Part shown: one piece after another, positions 48,195-58,912 of the stretch
Numbering within the stretch: the stretch's first letter is position 1
Layout: each line of letters opens with the position of its first letter
DNA from: an uncultured archaeon
GTDB taxonomy: Archaea > Thermoplasmatota > Penumbrarchaeia > JASLWR01
Direction of reading: 5' to 3'
Length of the DNA stretch: 64,000 nt
Assembly: GCA_964342815.1 (NCBI GenBank)
Contig: CAYFHS010000019.1
Location: forward strand, 1 to 64,000
Translations under genes and position numbers: made by a program
The notes under the pieces: model-generated
The model's input: only the letters and a program-made list of their open reading frames with translations
The model's database searches: none
What the model was told of the DNA's origin: nothing

Positions 48195-50402
48195 TTATTT
48201 TATTACTCCGTGGTCAGATAACGTGAACCATACCTGGTTCCCATTCATCTTTTCCGAGTTGACGATGCCTTTTGTAGAAAGATTTCCAAGATGATAGTAT
48301 ACTGTTCGAATGGAGGTTCCGTATTCATCCGCGACCTCCTTTGCGGATGAGCCGGGTTTTTTCCTAATGATCTCTATAATCCGCCTTTCAGCAGGTGTTA
48401 GATTGAATGGGTTTTTCTGAGCATTTGTAGGATAAAAATACCTGAATTTTCCGCCATTCGTAGAGCTTATCATCTTTCCCTTGTCTAACTTCCCAAGGTG
48501 ATATGTCAAAGTCCCCCTTGACATGTCCAACTCTCTCTTCATTTCCGAATAATGTTTTCCCGGATTATTCTCAATATATGTAAGGATGCGCTTTCTGGTC
48601 TTATTACCAAGTATTGCCCTGCCTTTTATCCTGCTATAGATAAAAAGTCCCCCGAGAACGAGAACAAAAAACAGACCCAAGTACAACCCGATCTCCAATT
48701 TTTTGCCACTCTTTTCCTTTACCCATCTGGTCGAATCGCGAGGATAAGCGTCATTTTCATTGGCCACTCCGTCGCCATCCCAGTCGAGTGGGGTGGAGTT
48801 CGGGTCATTCGGGTCACTCCCTGCTTCCTTTTCTTCAGCATCGGTCCAACCATCACTGTCGGTATCATTTTGAACACCAGGCGGCTCGTTTTGATTTCCT
48901 TCGAGAACGGTAACGATAAGGTCATCCATGTCTTTGAGCCCTGTTGCATCCGTGACGGTGAGGGTAACGGTAAAGTTCCCCGTTTTTTCAAATTTGAATG
49001 AACTTTTTACACCACGAAGGGAACGAACATTCCCGCTATAGTAAAAAGACCATGTATAATTTACGATCCCAACATTATCATAACTGTCATTTCCGTTAAA
49101 ATAGGCGGTACCACCCTGAATAATGGTAACGTTGTGGCCCGCTCTTGCAATTGGAGGGGTGCTATCCGCCTCCAATACAGTGACCATAAAGGTATCTGTG
49201 GCCTGGTTTCCAGCATTATCAAAAATAATCAGACTTATCGTAAAGTTTCCTGTTCTGGTGAACGTGTACTGCGCTGTAATACCATACCGAAATTGTTTCC
49301 CCCCGTCATCCAGGGACCACGTATAGTTCGTCACACCCACGTTGTCCGAACTGCCGCTGCCGTCGAAGGTTACGGTACCCCCTTGTACCACAGTAAGGTT
49401 CACCCCTGCATATGCCAAGGGTTTTGTGATGTCCATTACCGTGACGACTATCGAATCGGTTCCCTGGTTTCCCGCCACATCAGTAACTTTCAAGGCAACC
49501 GGGAAGCTTCCGGCATTGAAGAAAGAATATCCGGGCGACACTCCGAAGAGGGTAACTAGCCCTTTATCGTTAAAGGTCCATGAATAATTCACCAGTCCAT
49601 TATTATCGGTACTGCCATTAGCTATGAGATGTACCCTGTCTTTCTGGTTGATCGTCCTGTCCGGCCCGGCATCTGCTACCGGGAGGATAATGTCATATCC
49701 GCATTTAGTGTAGTTTAGCTTGGGTGACTGTTCCTTATTTCCAGCAGTATCGTTTGCTATCGAATAAAACCTGTAATGGCCATTACCGTCGGAGAAATTA
49801 AATTGAAACGTCCATGGTGAAGAATTTTTCGATCCATAAAGAGACCAATCCCCCCAGCTTTTATTATCGGGACTGAATCGATACCTTAGAGCCACATCAC
49901 CTACCGCGGCATTTCCGGGAACGGCGTTCACGGTAATATTCAGGGAGGGTGAGTTGGTCCAGTATGGATAAATAAAATTGGCCCAGGATCTCGGTCTGAT
50001 AGCGTTATATCCACATTCCGCATCCTTGAAGGCCGGGGCGTCCTCCCGGTTACCCTGCGCATCATTGGCTACCGAATAAAATTCATAATTACCGCTGCCG
50101 TTCGGAAAAATAAATTCGTAAGACCACGGCGGTAGAAAGTCTGTTGCAAAGAGTCTCCATTCACTCCATGTCGAGTTGTCAACACTGAATCGGTACCAGA
50201 GTTCTACGTTTTTGATAATGCTAAGATTGTCCCTTGCCGTAACGGTAATCTCGAACGGAACAACTTCTCTCAAATAAGGGATGATGGGATCAACCCATGA
50301 GCGAGGGGGTTCATTATCCTGAACAACATCTTTATGCGCATACTTCAATCCACTGTTGGAATAATAACTGACATGAGGGCTGTTCGAGAGGTCTAATGCC
50401 AA
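48195..50402 (-). CDS. C-terminal part of frameshift-split surface receptor: last propeller blade, 2 Ig-like, 3 PKD, Ca-binding DxDxDG repeats, TM, double winged-helix HTH
   Basis: Begins mid-repeat (ALDLSNSPHVSYY); PVADAGPD-type PKDs; TM; cytoplasmic TRKRILTYIENNPGKHYSEM... and a second HTH. Confidence 0.85.
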   Translation of the reverse strand: MALDLSNSPHVSYYSNSGLKYAHKDVVQDNEPPRSWVDPIIPYLREVVPFEITVTARDNLSIIKNVELWYRFSVDNSTWSEWRLFATDFLPPWSYEFIFPNGSGNYEFYSVANDAQGNREDAPAFKDAECGYNAIRPRSWANFIYPYWTNSPSLNITVNAVPGNAAVGDVALRYRFSPDNKSWGDWSLYGSKNSSPWTFQFNFSDGNGHYRFYSIANDTAGNKEQSPKLNYTKCGYDIILPVADAGPDRTINQKDRVHLIANGSTDNNGLVNYSWTFNDKGLVTLFGVSPGYSFFNAGSFPVALKVTDVAGNQGTDSIVVTVMDITKPLAYAGVNLTVVQGGTVTFDGSGSSDNVGVTNYTWSLDDGGKQFRYGITAQYTFTRTGNFTISLIIFDNAGNQATDTFMVTVLEADSTPPIARAGHNVTIIQGGTAYFNGNDSYDNVGIVNYTWSFYYSGNVRSLRGVKSSFKFEKTGNFTVTLTVTDATGLKDMDDLIVTVLEGNQNEPPGVQNDTDSDGWTDAEEKEAGSDPNDPNSTPLDWDGDGVANENDAYPRDSTRWVKEKSGKKLEIGLYLGLFFVLVLGGLFIYSRIKGRAILGNKTRKRILTYIENNPGKHYSEMKRELDMSRGTLTYHLGKLDKGKMISSTNGGKFRYFYPTNAQKNPFNLTPAERRIIEIIRKKPGSSAKEVADEYGTSIRTVYYHLGNLSTKGIVNSEKMNGNQVWFTLSDHGVIK

Positions 50403-50407
50403 AGATA

Positions 50408-52486
50408 TTATCTTTCAAACCCCTTGGAATCCACTATTTCCTTCTGCCATACGCTGCCGTTCCAGAAAGCATATTTCAAATAATAATTGGGCCAGTAATC
50501 ATAGTAAGCTATATGCGGCCGGTCGTTAGAGTCGACGGCAATGGAAGTATACTCTCCGACATAGCCATTTGAATCCACTGTCTCAATTATCCATGCACCA
50601 CCGTTGTGGTGAGCGTATTTCAAGTCCCGGTTGGGAAGGCCGTCGTAATAACTGATATGAGGCCGATTGGCTGAATCCAATGATAAGGAAGAGAACGCAC
50701 CTACAATGCCTTGTGCATCCACGGTCTCTACAGACCATGAATTACCGTCGTAATAAGCATATTTCAGGTCATCATTATTGCCCCCATCCTGATAACTGAT
50801 GTGGACATTATCGTTCTGGTCCACCGCAATCGAACTCCACATCCCAACCCGACTCTCGGAATCTACCGTCTCGTTATGCCAGGACAAGCCATCCCAATAT
50901 ACATATTTCAGATCGCCTTCGGGCCATTCTCCCACACAGCAACTGAAATGGGGCCGGTCATTGGAATCCAACGCGATAGAGGTGGAATAATAGGTCTTTA
51001 TACCCAAAGAAGTAATATTCCAATTATTTCCGTCGTAATAAGCATATTTCAAGTAACTATTCTCCCAATCACCGGTACAATAAACGATATGGGGCCGGTC
51101 ATTTGAATCTATAGCAATGACGCTGGTATTGTATGTATCACCTATGGAATCTACTGTATCCGTATGCCACTGGGCTCCATCATAATAAGAATATTTCAGT
51201 TTGTCATCTGAACCATTGTAATAGGTGATATGGGGCCGGTTGCTTGAATCCATGGCAATGGAGGAAAACTCCCCATATCGATCGTCTATCGATAGAATGG
51301 TCCAATCGTTGGGAGGATTGTTGTATGCGTATTTTAGCCATGTATCCGGCCAATCGGAATCATCACTATAACAAATATGCACTTGGTCACTTTCATCTAT
51401 GGCCAAAGAAAAAAATCCCAAAACCTCGGAATCCTCATCTACTGTCTCGATATTCCATACTCCCCCATCCCAGTATACATATTTCAGATAAAAATCGGGC
51501 CAGCGATCTAAATAAGCTATATGCGGTCGGTCATTAGAGTCAATGGCTAAAGAAGTATGACGATCAACATAACTATCGGAATCGACCGTTTCATTATTCC
51601 AAACATTTCCATCGTAATATGTATATTTCAGATCATAGTCGGGCCAATACCTGAGATAACTGATATGCGGTCTGTCGTTGGAATCAAGAGCGATGGAAGT
51701 ATAAAACCCCACATTCATCCGCGGATCCGCAGTCTCGTTATGCCACGTATTCCCATCGAAGTAGGCATATCTCAGTTTGAAATAATTCCAAACACCGGCA
51801 CTATACGCTATATGCGGCCGATCGTTAGAATCCACAGCAATGGAATTATAACCTCCCACATCCCATTGGGTTTCAAGTGTTTCATTTTGCCACGCTATAC
51901 CATCCCAATGCGCATACATCAGGTTGCGATCAGGCCAATTACCGATACAATAACTTATATGAGGTTTGTCGTTCGAGTCCAATGAAAGTGAGGCTGAATC
52001 CACATAGATATCTAAAATAGTAATATTCCACGAATTATTGAAGTGTGCATATTTTAAGGATTGATTATACCATCCACCTGTGCAATAAGTGATATGCGGC
52101 CGGTCATTCGTATCCAACGCGAGGGTTGTGCTATTGTATTTCAGGCCAACATTGTCCACAATTTCGATTTGCCACTGAGCTCCATCGTTATAAGCATATT
52201 TCAATTTGGAATTTTGATGATCTAAATAACTGATATGCGGTCGACCATTTGAATCAAGAGCTATGGATGTATAATCACTATAAGTATCTACCGTATTGAT
52301 CGACCAGCCACTGGCCTTGACACTGCTTCTGAGGTTTTTTTCACGATTCTGACTGTCAGGATACTCTTTGATATTTGACGATTGATCTTTTTCATTTCCA
52401 ATGATTGGTTGGCCGATTCCAATAAAGATAAGGAGGAGAGCGATCAACAGCCCCCCGATTTGGGATTTTATTTTTATCATCTCCAT
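50408..52486 (-). CDS. N-terminal part of frameshift-split surface receptor: signal peptide plus 13 beta-propeller-like repeats
   Basis: 13 copies of S[IL]A[LV]DSNDRPHI[SA]Y...LKYAY.DG..W..E.VD; ends mid-repeat at VDSKGFER*; GGAGG RBS. Confidence 0.88.
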   Translation of the reverse strand: MEMIKIKSQIGGLLIALLLIFIGIGQPIIGNEKDQSSNIKEYPDSQNREKNLRSSVKASGWSINTVDTYSDYTSIALDSNGRPHISYLDHQNSKLKYAYNDGAQWQIEIVDNVGLKYNSTTLALDTNDRPHITYCTGGWYNQSLKYAHFNNSWNITILDIYVDSASLSLDSNDKPHISYCIGNWPDRNLMYAHWDGIAWQNETLETQWDVGGYNSIAVDSNDRPHIAYSAGVWNYFKLRYAYFDGNTWHNETADPRMNVGFYTSIALDSNDRPHISYLRYWPDYDLKYTYYDGNVWNNETVDSDSYVDRHTSLAIDSNDRPHIAYLDRWPDFYLKYVYWDGGVWNIETVDEDSEVLGFFSLAIDESDQVHICYSDDSDWPDTWLKYAYNNPPNDWTILSIDDRYGEFSSIAMDSSNRPHITYYNGSDDKLKYSYYDGAQWHTDTVDSIGDTYNTSVIAIDSNDRPHIVYCTGDWENSYLKYAYYDGNNWNITSLGIKTYYSTSIALDSNDRPHFSCCVGEWPEGDLKYVYWDGLSWHNETVDSESRVGMWSSIAVDQNDNVHISYQDGGNNDDLKYAYYDGNSWSVETVDAQGIVGAFSSLSLDSANRPHISYYDGLPNRDLKYAHHNGGAWIIETVDSNGYVGEYTSIAVDSNDRPHIAYYDYWPNYYLKYAFWNGSVWQKEIVDSKGFER

Positions 52487-52674
52487 TCCTCCTGGACACC
52501 TGTTTGGCGGGTGCCGACGTCAGTTGGATTATTTAATTTCTAAACCCTTTCTAATCTCTCTATGCAAATATTGTATATATATGAAAATTGGTCCAATCTT
52601 ATCATTGGCAACTTTTTTGCTTCTGTCAATGTCCAATTTCATCGAAAGTTCGACTCCATTCACTTGAAAACGGT

Positions 52675-55362
52675 CTATTTCCTCCTTCGTATTATTGTAA
52701 AGAGTATCGCCATCATTGAAAAGAAAAAAATAATTCCGATCGACCACCACCATACCGCGGTATTCCTCGAAATCTTTAGCTTCCCCCTGTCGGGGTCGTC
52801 CGGGAATAAATCATCTTCATTAGAAATATTGTCGCCGTCCCTATCGGGATCAAGCGAATCGGGTATACCGTCTCCGTCCGAGTCCCGCGGGACCGAGAGC
52901 TTGTTCCGGGGATCCGTACCCACTTGAGTTTCGATGGTGTTCTTCCATCCGTCCCCGTCGATATCACTATCCATATAATCAAGAATCCCATCATCATCTA
53001 TATCTGTATAATACACAATAATCGCTAGGGTTGTATAATTCGTGGAGTTGTCATCATCCATAATGGAGAGATTTACATAATATACTCCGGCATTTGGATA
53101 GGCATGCATCGGGTTTATTGCATAGCTAAAGGAATCGTCTCCAAAATTCCACGAATAATTTAGAACCTCGCCGTCCATATCATAAGAGTTTGAACTAAAT
53201 TGTATTATCTCGTTTTCATATACTGCAAGATTATTGGCAGTGACATTGACTATCGGCGGTCGATTGAGTACCGTTATCAGCATTTTTGAATAAACCTTCG
53301 AGCCATCATCATCTTCAATTTTTAGATGTACCGTATAAACGCCATTATCGGAGTAGCTATGTACCGGATTTGGTGATGTGCTGATATTTTCATCTCCGAA
53401 GTCCCAACTATATGTCATAGTTCCATCAAAGTCATTTGCATTTGCTTTAAATTCTATTGGAACATATGTGTAAACGATAATTTCATTTGCCGTAGGCGAG
53501 ACAGTAGGTGGTCGATTAAGTACAGTTATCGCTTGCGTGATCCAATCACTTTCAATGAACAGGTCTCGTACCTTTAGCTTTGTTTCATAAACCCCATCAT
53601 CGGAATAGTTATGATTTACAATAGAATTGTTGATCCAGCTAGTCGTATTTCCGTCACCAAAGTCAAAATAATACTGTATCGGGCCATTATCAGTTGAGTT
53701 AGATGCGTTGAAATTAACTTTTTCCAGGGTATGTACTATTTGAGGATAGACCGTAAAAAGAGGAGTTGGGATTGCATTGACATTGATATTTAATACGAAT
53801 ACATTATTATCTTCATCGCTTTCATTAATATTGTTATCGCGATCCACCATAATTTCTAATTTATGTTCTCCTGCTACGGCTACCCATTGAAATGATATAA
53901 ATTGTGAAGTATTTACATGCAGAAAATTTACCGTTGTCCTGTTGATGGTTTTATTATCCACTGCGAACTCAACCGGAATTTCCATAGCATCCAAGCGGCC
54001 CAAATTCCGTACTGTTGTATTTATATACACTAGCTCATTCTCGGTTACATTATTGGGTGAGTGTGAGATACGATCAGGTTTAAGGTCCGGTTTGCGTGTC
54101 CGAACACCAAAGACATAAAGATGTTCTTTACCACCAATAATAACTTCTTTTCGAGAATCATCATCAACATTCCCGGTGGCTACAACAGGGGTAAGATATG
54201 GATATTCGCCATAAAAAACGTCCAAGTCATATTCCCACAATATTTCAAAATTCGTTGCGTCAAAAATGTATATCTTCTCATTACCGCTGCCATTGGTAAT
54301 ATTGCTTACAGTCCCAACGATAATTTCATTTTTAGTGTCATTATCCAGATCATCAACAACTAAATGGCCAGTGTGATATAAATTATCACTTCGCCGTTCC
54401 AGGTCATGTGTCGACCCGTTTAACAGATAAATATATCCTCGTTGAGGGTAAACATCTACAACACTGATCAATATCCCGCCCGAAATGGTCATACCCATAC
54501 ATCGGTCCCCGTAGAAATCTCCAGCCATATACAAAGGGTAGATCCATTCGGGTTCATGGCTTATACCATCAAAGACATATAAGGATACACCGCAACCACT
54601 TGTTGCTGCAATAATCTCGCAAACACCATCGTTATCCACATCGGCAATCTCTATTTTTGCTGCGATCAGACCAAAACCACAAGGATCAGTTCCCATACCC
54701 TCAAGATGTACTTCCTCTAAACTGGGACTCTTCCATTCGAGAGTGTGGTTAATAGCGTCGAATATATAGATATAACCCTCCTGATCAGAGTATTCCCCAT
54801 GCCCGGTAGCCAGGATGAGTTCTTTTGCACCGTCAGAATCAACATCGCCTACAGCAATATCATAAATGGGATCCAAGGATCCATTTACGTTGTTACTATC
54901 GATCACCCATTTTTCCGTATAGCCAGTACCATTATACTCAAAACCACGTATCCAACCCGACCAATAGTAGACACCATAAATAATAATTTCCGGAGTTCCA
55001 TTGTCGTTTATGTCTTCTACTAAAATACCGCGACATTGCCGGTTACGTTGAGAGATGTACTTCCATTTCACACTACCGTTTATACCATCCCAAACATAGA
55101 TATATGAAACATCCTCTCGACGATTAAAGTCACCTGTAACTATGTCATTTATACCATCCTGATCTACATCGCCCAATGCTAAATAACTAACATTTATCTT
55201 TTTCTGCCATTTCAATGCCGCATATTCCTCTAGGGCGCGTACCCGGTTTAACTCATAAGGTATTTCATCATTATCATCCGATCTTACGGTTTTAAAAGCA
55301 AACAGTTGGAGTAATATAATTAGGAGGCATAGGAATACTTTTCTGTTAGTTCCCATATTCAT
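52675..55362 (-). CDS. Surface protein: FG-GAP/VCBS repeats, CARDB, 3 PKD, DxDxDG repeats, TM anchor
   Basis: GDVDQDGINDIV and GDVDSDGAKELI repeats; KPDLKP CARDB start; three Y.[FW].FGD PKD motifs; WWWSIGIIFFF TM plus RRRK. Confidence 0.9.
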   Translation of the reverse strand: MNMGTNRKVFLCLLIILLQLFAFKTVRSDDNDEIPYELNRVRALEEYAALKWQKKINVSYLALGDVDQDGINDIVTGDFNRREDVSYIYVWDGINGSVKWKYISQRNRQCRGILVEDINDNGTPEIIIYGVYYWSGWIRGFEYNGTGYTEKWVIDSNNVNGSLDPIYDIAVGDVDSDGAKELILATGHGEYSDQEGYIYIFDAINHTLEWKSPSLEEVHLEGMGTDPCGFGLIAAKIEIADVDNDGVCEIIAATSGCGVSLYVFDGISHEPEWIYPLYMAGDFYGDRCMGMTISGGILISVVDVYPQRGYIYLLNGSTHDLERRSDNLYHTGHLVVDDLDNDTKNEIIVGTVSNITNGSGNEKIYIFDATNFEILWEYDLDVFYGEYPYLTPVVATGNVDDDSRKEVIIGGKEHLYVFGVRTRKPDLKPDRISHSPNNVTENELVYINTTVRNLGRLDAMEIPVEFAVDNKTINRTTVNFLHVNTSQFISFQWVAVAGEHKLEIMVDRDNNINESDEDNNVFVLNINVNAIPTPLFTVYPQIVHTLEKVNFNASNSTDNGPIQYYFDFGDGNTTSWINNSIVNHNYSDDGVYETKLKVRDLFIESDWITQAITVLNRPPTVSPTANEIIVYTYVPIEFKANANDFDGTMTYSWDFGDENISTSPNPVHSYSDNGVYTVHLKIEDDDGSKVYSKMLITVLNRPPIVNVTANNLAVYENEIIQFSSNSYDMDGEVLNYSWNFGDDSFSYAINPMHAYPNAGVYYVNLSIMDDDNSTNYTTLAIIVYYTDIDDDGILDYMDSDIDGDGWKNTIETQVGTDPRNKLSVPRDSDGDGIPDSLDPDRDGDNISNEDDLFPDDPDRGKLKISRNTAVWWWSIGIIFFFSMMAILFTIIRRRK

Positions 55363-55440
55363 TTCTTTTACTCCTTTTATCCATATCGAATTATACTTCA
55401 GTTATATTGTAATAAGATTTTGTTCTTTCTCTAGTACCGT

Positions 55441-58400
55441 TTATTCCTCTCTTCCAACCCTCCCGAGTTCTTCCTCCACACAATCCAAATTATCCTCCTC
55501 ACCTATCCTCTCTCTCCTTTTCGTAACCAACACAACTCCCAAAACTATCCCAAGCACCAATACCAAAATCCCAACTCCCACGAGCCACCACATCCCGCTA
55601 TTTCCTCCTTTCATATTTTCCGATCCTTCCCACCGCTCCCTGTCATCCGGATAAGCGTCGTCCACGTTCGCCACTCCATCTCCGTCCCTATCGGGATCAA
55701 GCGAATCGGGTATGCCATCAGCGTCCGAGTCCCGCGGGACCGAAAGATTACTCAGAGGATTCGTGCCCACTTGCGATTCGACGGAATTATTCCAGCCGTC
55801 GCCGTCCCAATCTATGGGTGTGGAGAGTGGGTCGTAGGGATCACTGCCCTGTTCAAGTTCATAAGTGTCGTTGTAGGTGTCGTTGTCGGAATCAGCATCA
55901 GGAAATGGATTAATTTCACTTTCAACCATAATAACAATAGAATCCGTTACGGTAATGCCGTTATCCACAATAATCGACAAAGTTACAGTATAGTTTCCAG
56001 GACTTACAAATACATGGATAGGATTCGACTCAAGGCTCGTATTCCCATCTCCAAAATTCCAGAAATACTGGACATCCATATTTCCGTTAGTATTGTTCAG
56101 TATGCCTTCGAAGGAAACGTTCAATGGGCTAACACCATGCGTTGGATTTGCTATAATTTCTACAATTGGTGTATTATTGGGAGATTCCCTTGCTACGGAT
56201 ATCGCCATCTCGGCCTTACCAAAATCTCCATCGTCATCGGTAATGTTCAACGATACAAAATATGTTCCTGGTACTGAATAAACATGTGATGGATTTTGCT
56301 GGTGACTCGTATTTCCATCTCCAAAGGACCAATTCCAGGAGACAATTGTACCGTCCGGATCAATGGACCCTGTGCTGTTGAACTCGACTATCTCGTCAAT
56401 ATCCGGGTGAATTGGTGTGAAAGAAATATTAATGATTGGAGGAACATTCAGAACCGCTATTGATTTTGTTGTATTATTTCCCCATCCCTCATTATCACGT
56501 ACCGCTAGGGTCACATTATATTCTCCGTCATCATTGAATAAATGCACCGGGTTCTGATCATAGGATATATTTTCGTCCCCAAAATTCCAGGTCCAATTTA
56601 CAATAGAATTTGTATCATTTGCATCGGGGTCTACGGAAGTATCTAAAAATTGAATTTCATCCATATCGGTAGGATCTATCGGTAGGTATGAAAAATCAGC
56701 CATAGGAGTGACATTTACCACTTCAATCTCTCTTGTTAACTTGACAGATAAACCATCATTATCCGTGACCACCAGTTGTACTGCGTAAATGCCTTCATCA
56801 GAATACTGATGGATCGGATTTTGAAAAGCGGAGGTATTTCCATCCCCGAAATTCCAGAACCATGATTCTATGGATCCATCAAAATCTGACGAAGTATCGC
56901 TGAATCTCACATTTTTCATGGCAATTAGTATGTGGGGATCATAAGAAAAGTTGATGGCGGGCGGAATTAGCGGCCAGACTACATGGATATCAACGGGGAT
57001 CATTAATGGATACTCATCTCTGTTATATCGACCGTCACTAATATTATACGGCGTATCTCCTATACCATCACTTTCCGGTTCATCTTGATTCACACCGGAG
57101 AATGTGTCATTACCGGAATAATTACTCCAGTAATTACCTCCCGATGGATAAGTATCATTCCAGTAATTCTTGCCACCAAAGTCGCCTGCCTGCCCATTCT
57201 CATCCAAATTGCCGATTATATTATTGTGATGTATGATATTGTTTTCACCACCGCCAATGCATCTCTCCAATAAAATTGCCAAGCCATCATTCCGGGATAT
57301 ATTATTGTATTTAATAAGATTATCAGAAGAAGTGATCATATAGATCCCACGTCCATTATATGAGATATTATTATATAAAACAACATTTTCACTATGATGA
57401 GCACCGCCGAGATGGGTGAAGTGTATACCATCGTATGTATTAAAAATAATTGAATTATACTGAATTATGTTGTTATCACTATTTTCTTTACCATCCATTT
57501 GACTGCCAAATATAATGCCAAATCGGTTCTTTATAATTGTATTGTTTTCAATACAGCCGTTTGTTACATTAATGAAGACTATGCCATCACTGACATTATT
57601 TCCACTATGGATGCAGCAGTTTTTAATTACAAAATATTTGCTAACGTTTCGAATTTCAATTCCCGCTTGGTTGGATGCATTAATAACCCAATCCTTAATT
57701 ATGTAGGGATCATTCGGTGTACCTCTGCCTGAGCTAACGCCATTTTCCAATGTGAAATTTTCATGGCCGACGATCCTTATCGGCTCATGGGCCCAATATA
57801 TAGGGACATTGATTTGAGCATCGTTTTCAGGTACATTTGGGTCGGTACCTTTAACATATTCTTCAAGATTGGTCTCTCCATCGTTGTCGGGGTCTTCATT
57901 TGCATCGCTGGAATCATTGGGATTCAATCCATGGTCGATTTCCCAATTATTAGGCATCCCGTCCCAATCCAGGTCCTCTGGAAGAAATGGCTCAATTCGT
58001 TCACTCCAATTCGTATCACAATAATCTATTGAATCAGAAGGATTGATCAGCGGATAATAATCGACATCATGCCAAGGGAGGTTTGTATCACCGATGCCAT
58101 CTTCGTTTTCATCAGTTCCATTGTAATCAGACCAATGGTTACCATGCCCTGCTGTATCATTCCATGTGTTAGACGATTGTGGCCATCCGATCTTTTTATT
58201 ATAAGTACAGTTAATAAAGTTATTAAAAAAAGCTTTATTACCCGCAGATTGTATTATTAACGGATCAGTATTGTTAATGAAATTACATTCAATGACAGAA
58301 TTGTTCCTCGGACCAGGGATGCAATCCAAATCAGGGTCTTCATCCATTACGATCCCCTTACAAGAATAGAAGTTACATCTATAAAATAAAATATTCGACG

Positions 58401-58875
58401 TACCTCGAAAAAGAAAATTCATATTAAAGAAGTCACAATAGTTATAATTTAAAGTCCCAGGTGAGATATTTCCGCTTAGGTCCTTACTATAAGAAAAAAG
58501 AAAAATTCTATTGCTTTGCGTTCCATTTAGTACTATTGAGTCCGGCCGTCCGAATCCAAGGCTCGAATGAGGATAAAAAATTATTACTGTTCCCGGTTCA
58601 ATCGTTAGAGTAGAATTGTTTTTTATTCCGATAAAATCAATAATGTAATATGGACTATTTTCCTTTGTCCAGGTCGTGTTTTCGATTATTTTTTCAAAAA
58701 CAATCGTTCCCGGATCACCACGGGGGACCATGGATTCTGTGTTGGGAATCGGTTTGAAAAAGGATGGGTCATTTTCCGATTTTTTCGTTATATCAAAGGT
58801 TGAAATGAGATTGAATACCAGAATGACAGTTATGAGTATGTTTAGACCGTGTCTCTGCATTTCGCCTCTTGTCAT
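55441..58875 (-). CDS. Surface protein: two NosD/parallel beta-helix regions, 4 PKD, DxDxDG repeats, TM anchor
   Basis: Two GN[HY]WS.Y.G.D...DGIGDT motifs; NN-rich helix rungs; four W.FGD PKD motifs; C-terminal TM. Confidence 0.9.
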   Translation of the reverse strand: MTRGEMQRHGLNILITVILVFNLISTFDITKKSENDPSFFKPIPNTESMVPRGDPGTIVFEKIIENTTWTKENSPYYIIDFIGIKNNSTLTIEPGTVIIFYPHSSLGFGRPDSIVLNGTQSNRIFLFSYSKDLSGNISPGTLNYNYCDFFNMNFLFRGTSNILFYRCNFYSCKGIVMDEDPDLDCIPGPRNNSVIECNFINNTDPLIIQSAGNKAFFNNFINCTYNKKIGWPQSSNTWNDTAGHGNHWSDYNGTDENEDGIGDTNLPWHDVDYYPLINPSDSIDYCDTNWSERIEPFLPEDLDWDGMPNNWEIDHGLNPNDSSDANEDPDNDGETNLEEYVKGTDPNVPENDAQINVPIYWAHEPIRIVGHENFTLENGVSSGRGTPNDPYIIKDWVINASNQAGIEIRNVSKYFVIKNCCIHSGNNVSDGIVFINVTNGCIENNTIIKNRFGIIFGSQMDGKENSDNNIIQYNSIIFNTYDGIHFTHLGGAHHSENVVLYNNISYNGRGIYMITSSDNLIKYNNISRNDGLAILLERCIGGGENNIIHHNNIIGNLDENGQAGDFGGKNYWNDTYPSGGNYWSNYSGNDTFSGVNQDEPESDGIGDTPYNISDGRYNRDEYPLMIPVDIHVVWPLIPPAINFSYDPHILIAMKNVRFSDTSSDFDGSIESWFWNFGDGNTSAFQNPIHQYSDEGIYAVQLVVTDNDGLSVKLTREIEVVNVTPMADFSYLPIDPTDMDEIQFLDTSVDPDANDTNSIVNWTWNFGDENISYDQNPVHLFNDDGEYNVTLAVRDNEGWGNNTTKSIAVLNVPPIINISFTPIHPDIDEIVEFNSTGSIDPDGTIVSWNWSFGDGNTSHQQNPSHVYSVPGTYFVSLNITDDDGDFGKAEMAISVARESPNNTPIVEIIANPTHGVSPLNVSFEGILNNTNGNMDVQYFWNFGDGNTSLESNPIHVFVSPGNYTVTLSIIVDNGITVTDSIVIMVESEINPFPDADSDNDTYNDTYELEQGSDPYDPLSTPIDWDGDGWNNSVESQVGTNPLSNLSVPRDSDADGIPDSLDPDRDGDGVANVDDAYPDDRERWEGSENMKGGNSGMWWLVGVGILVLVLGIVLGVVLVTKRRERIGEEDNLDCVEEELGRVGREE

Positions 58876-58912
58876 ATATTCATCTATTGTCCTGGTATTA
58901 TATAAGATTTGT

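Noticed and set aside
50395-50425. Programmed ribosomal frameshift or stop read-through (Sec/Pyl)
   Set aside because: The continuation is in a different frame, so read-through cannot join the parts, and no canonical slippery heptamer fits the allowed window.
52529-52753. 74-aa ORF between surface genes
   Set aside because: Overlaps the end of the 895-aa gene and covers the promoter region of the next gene.
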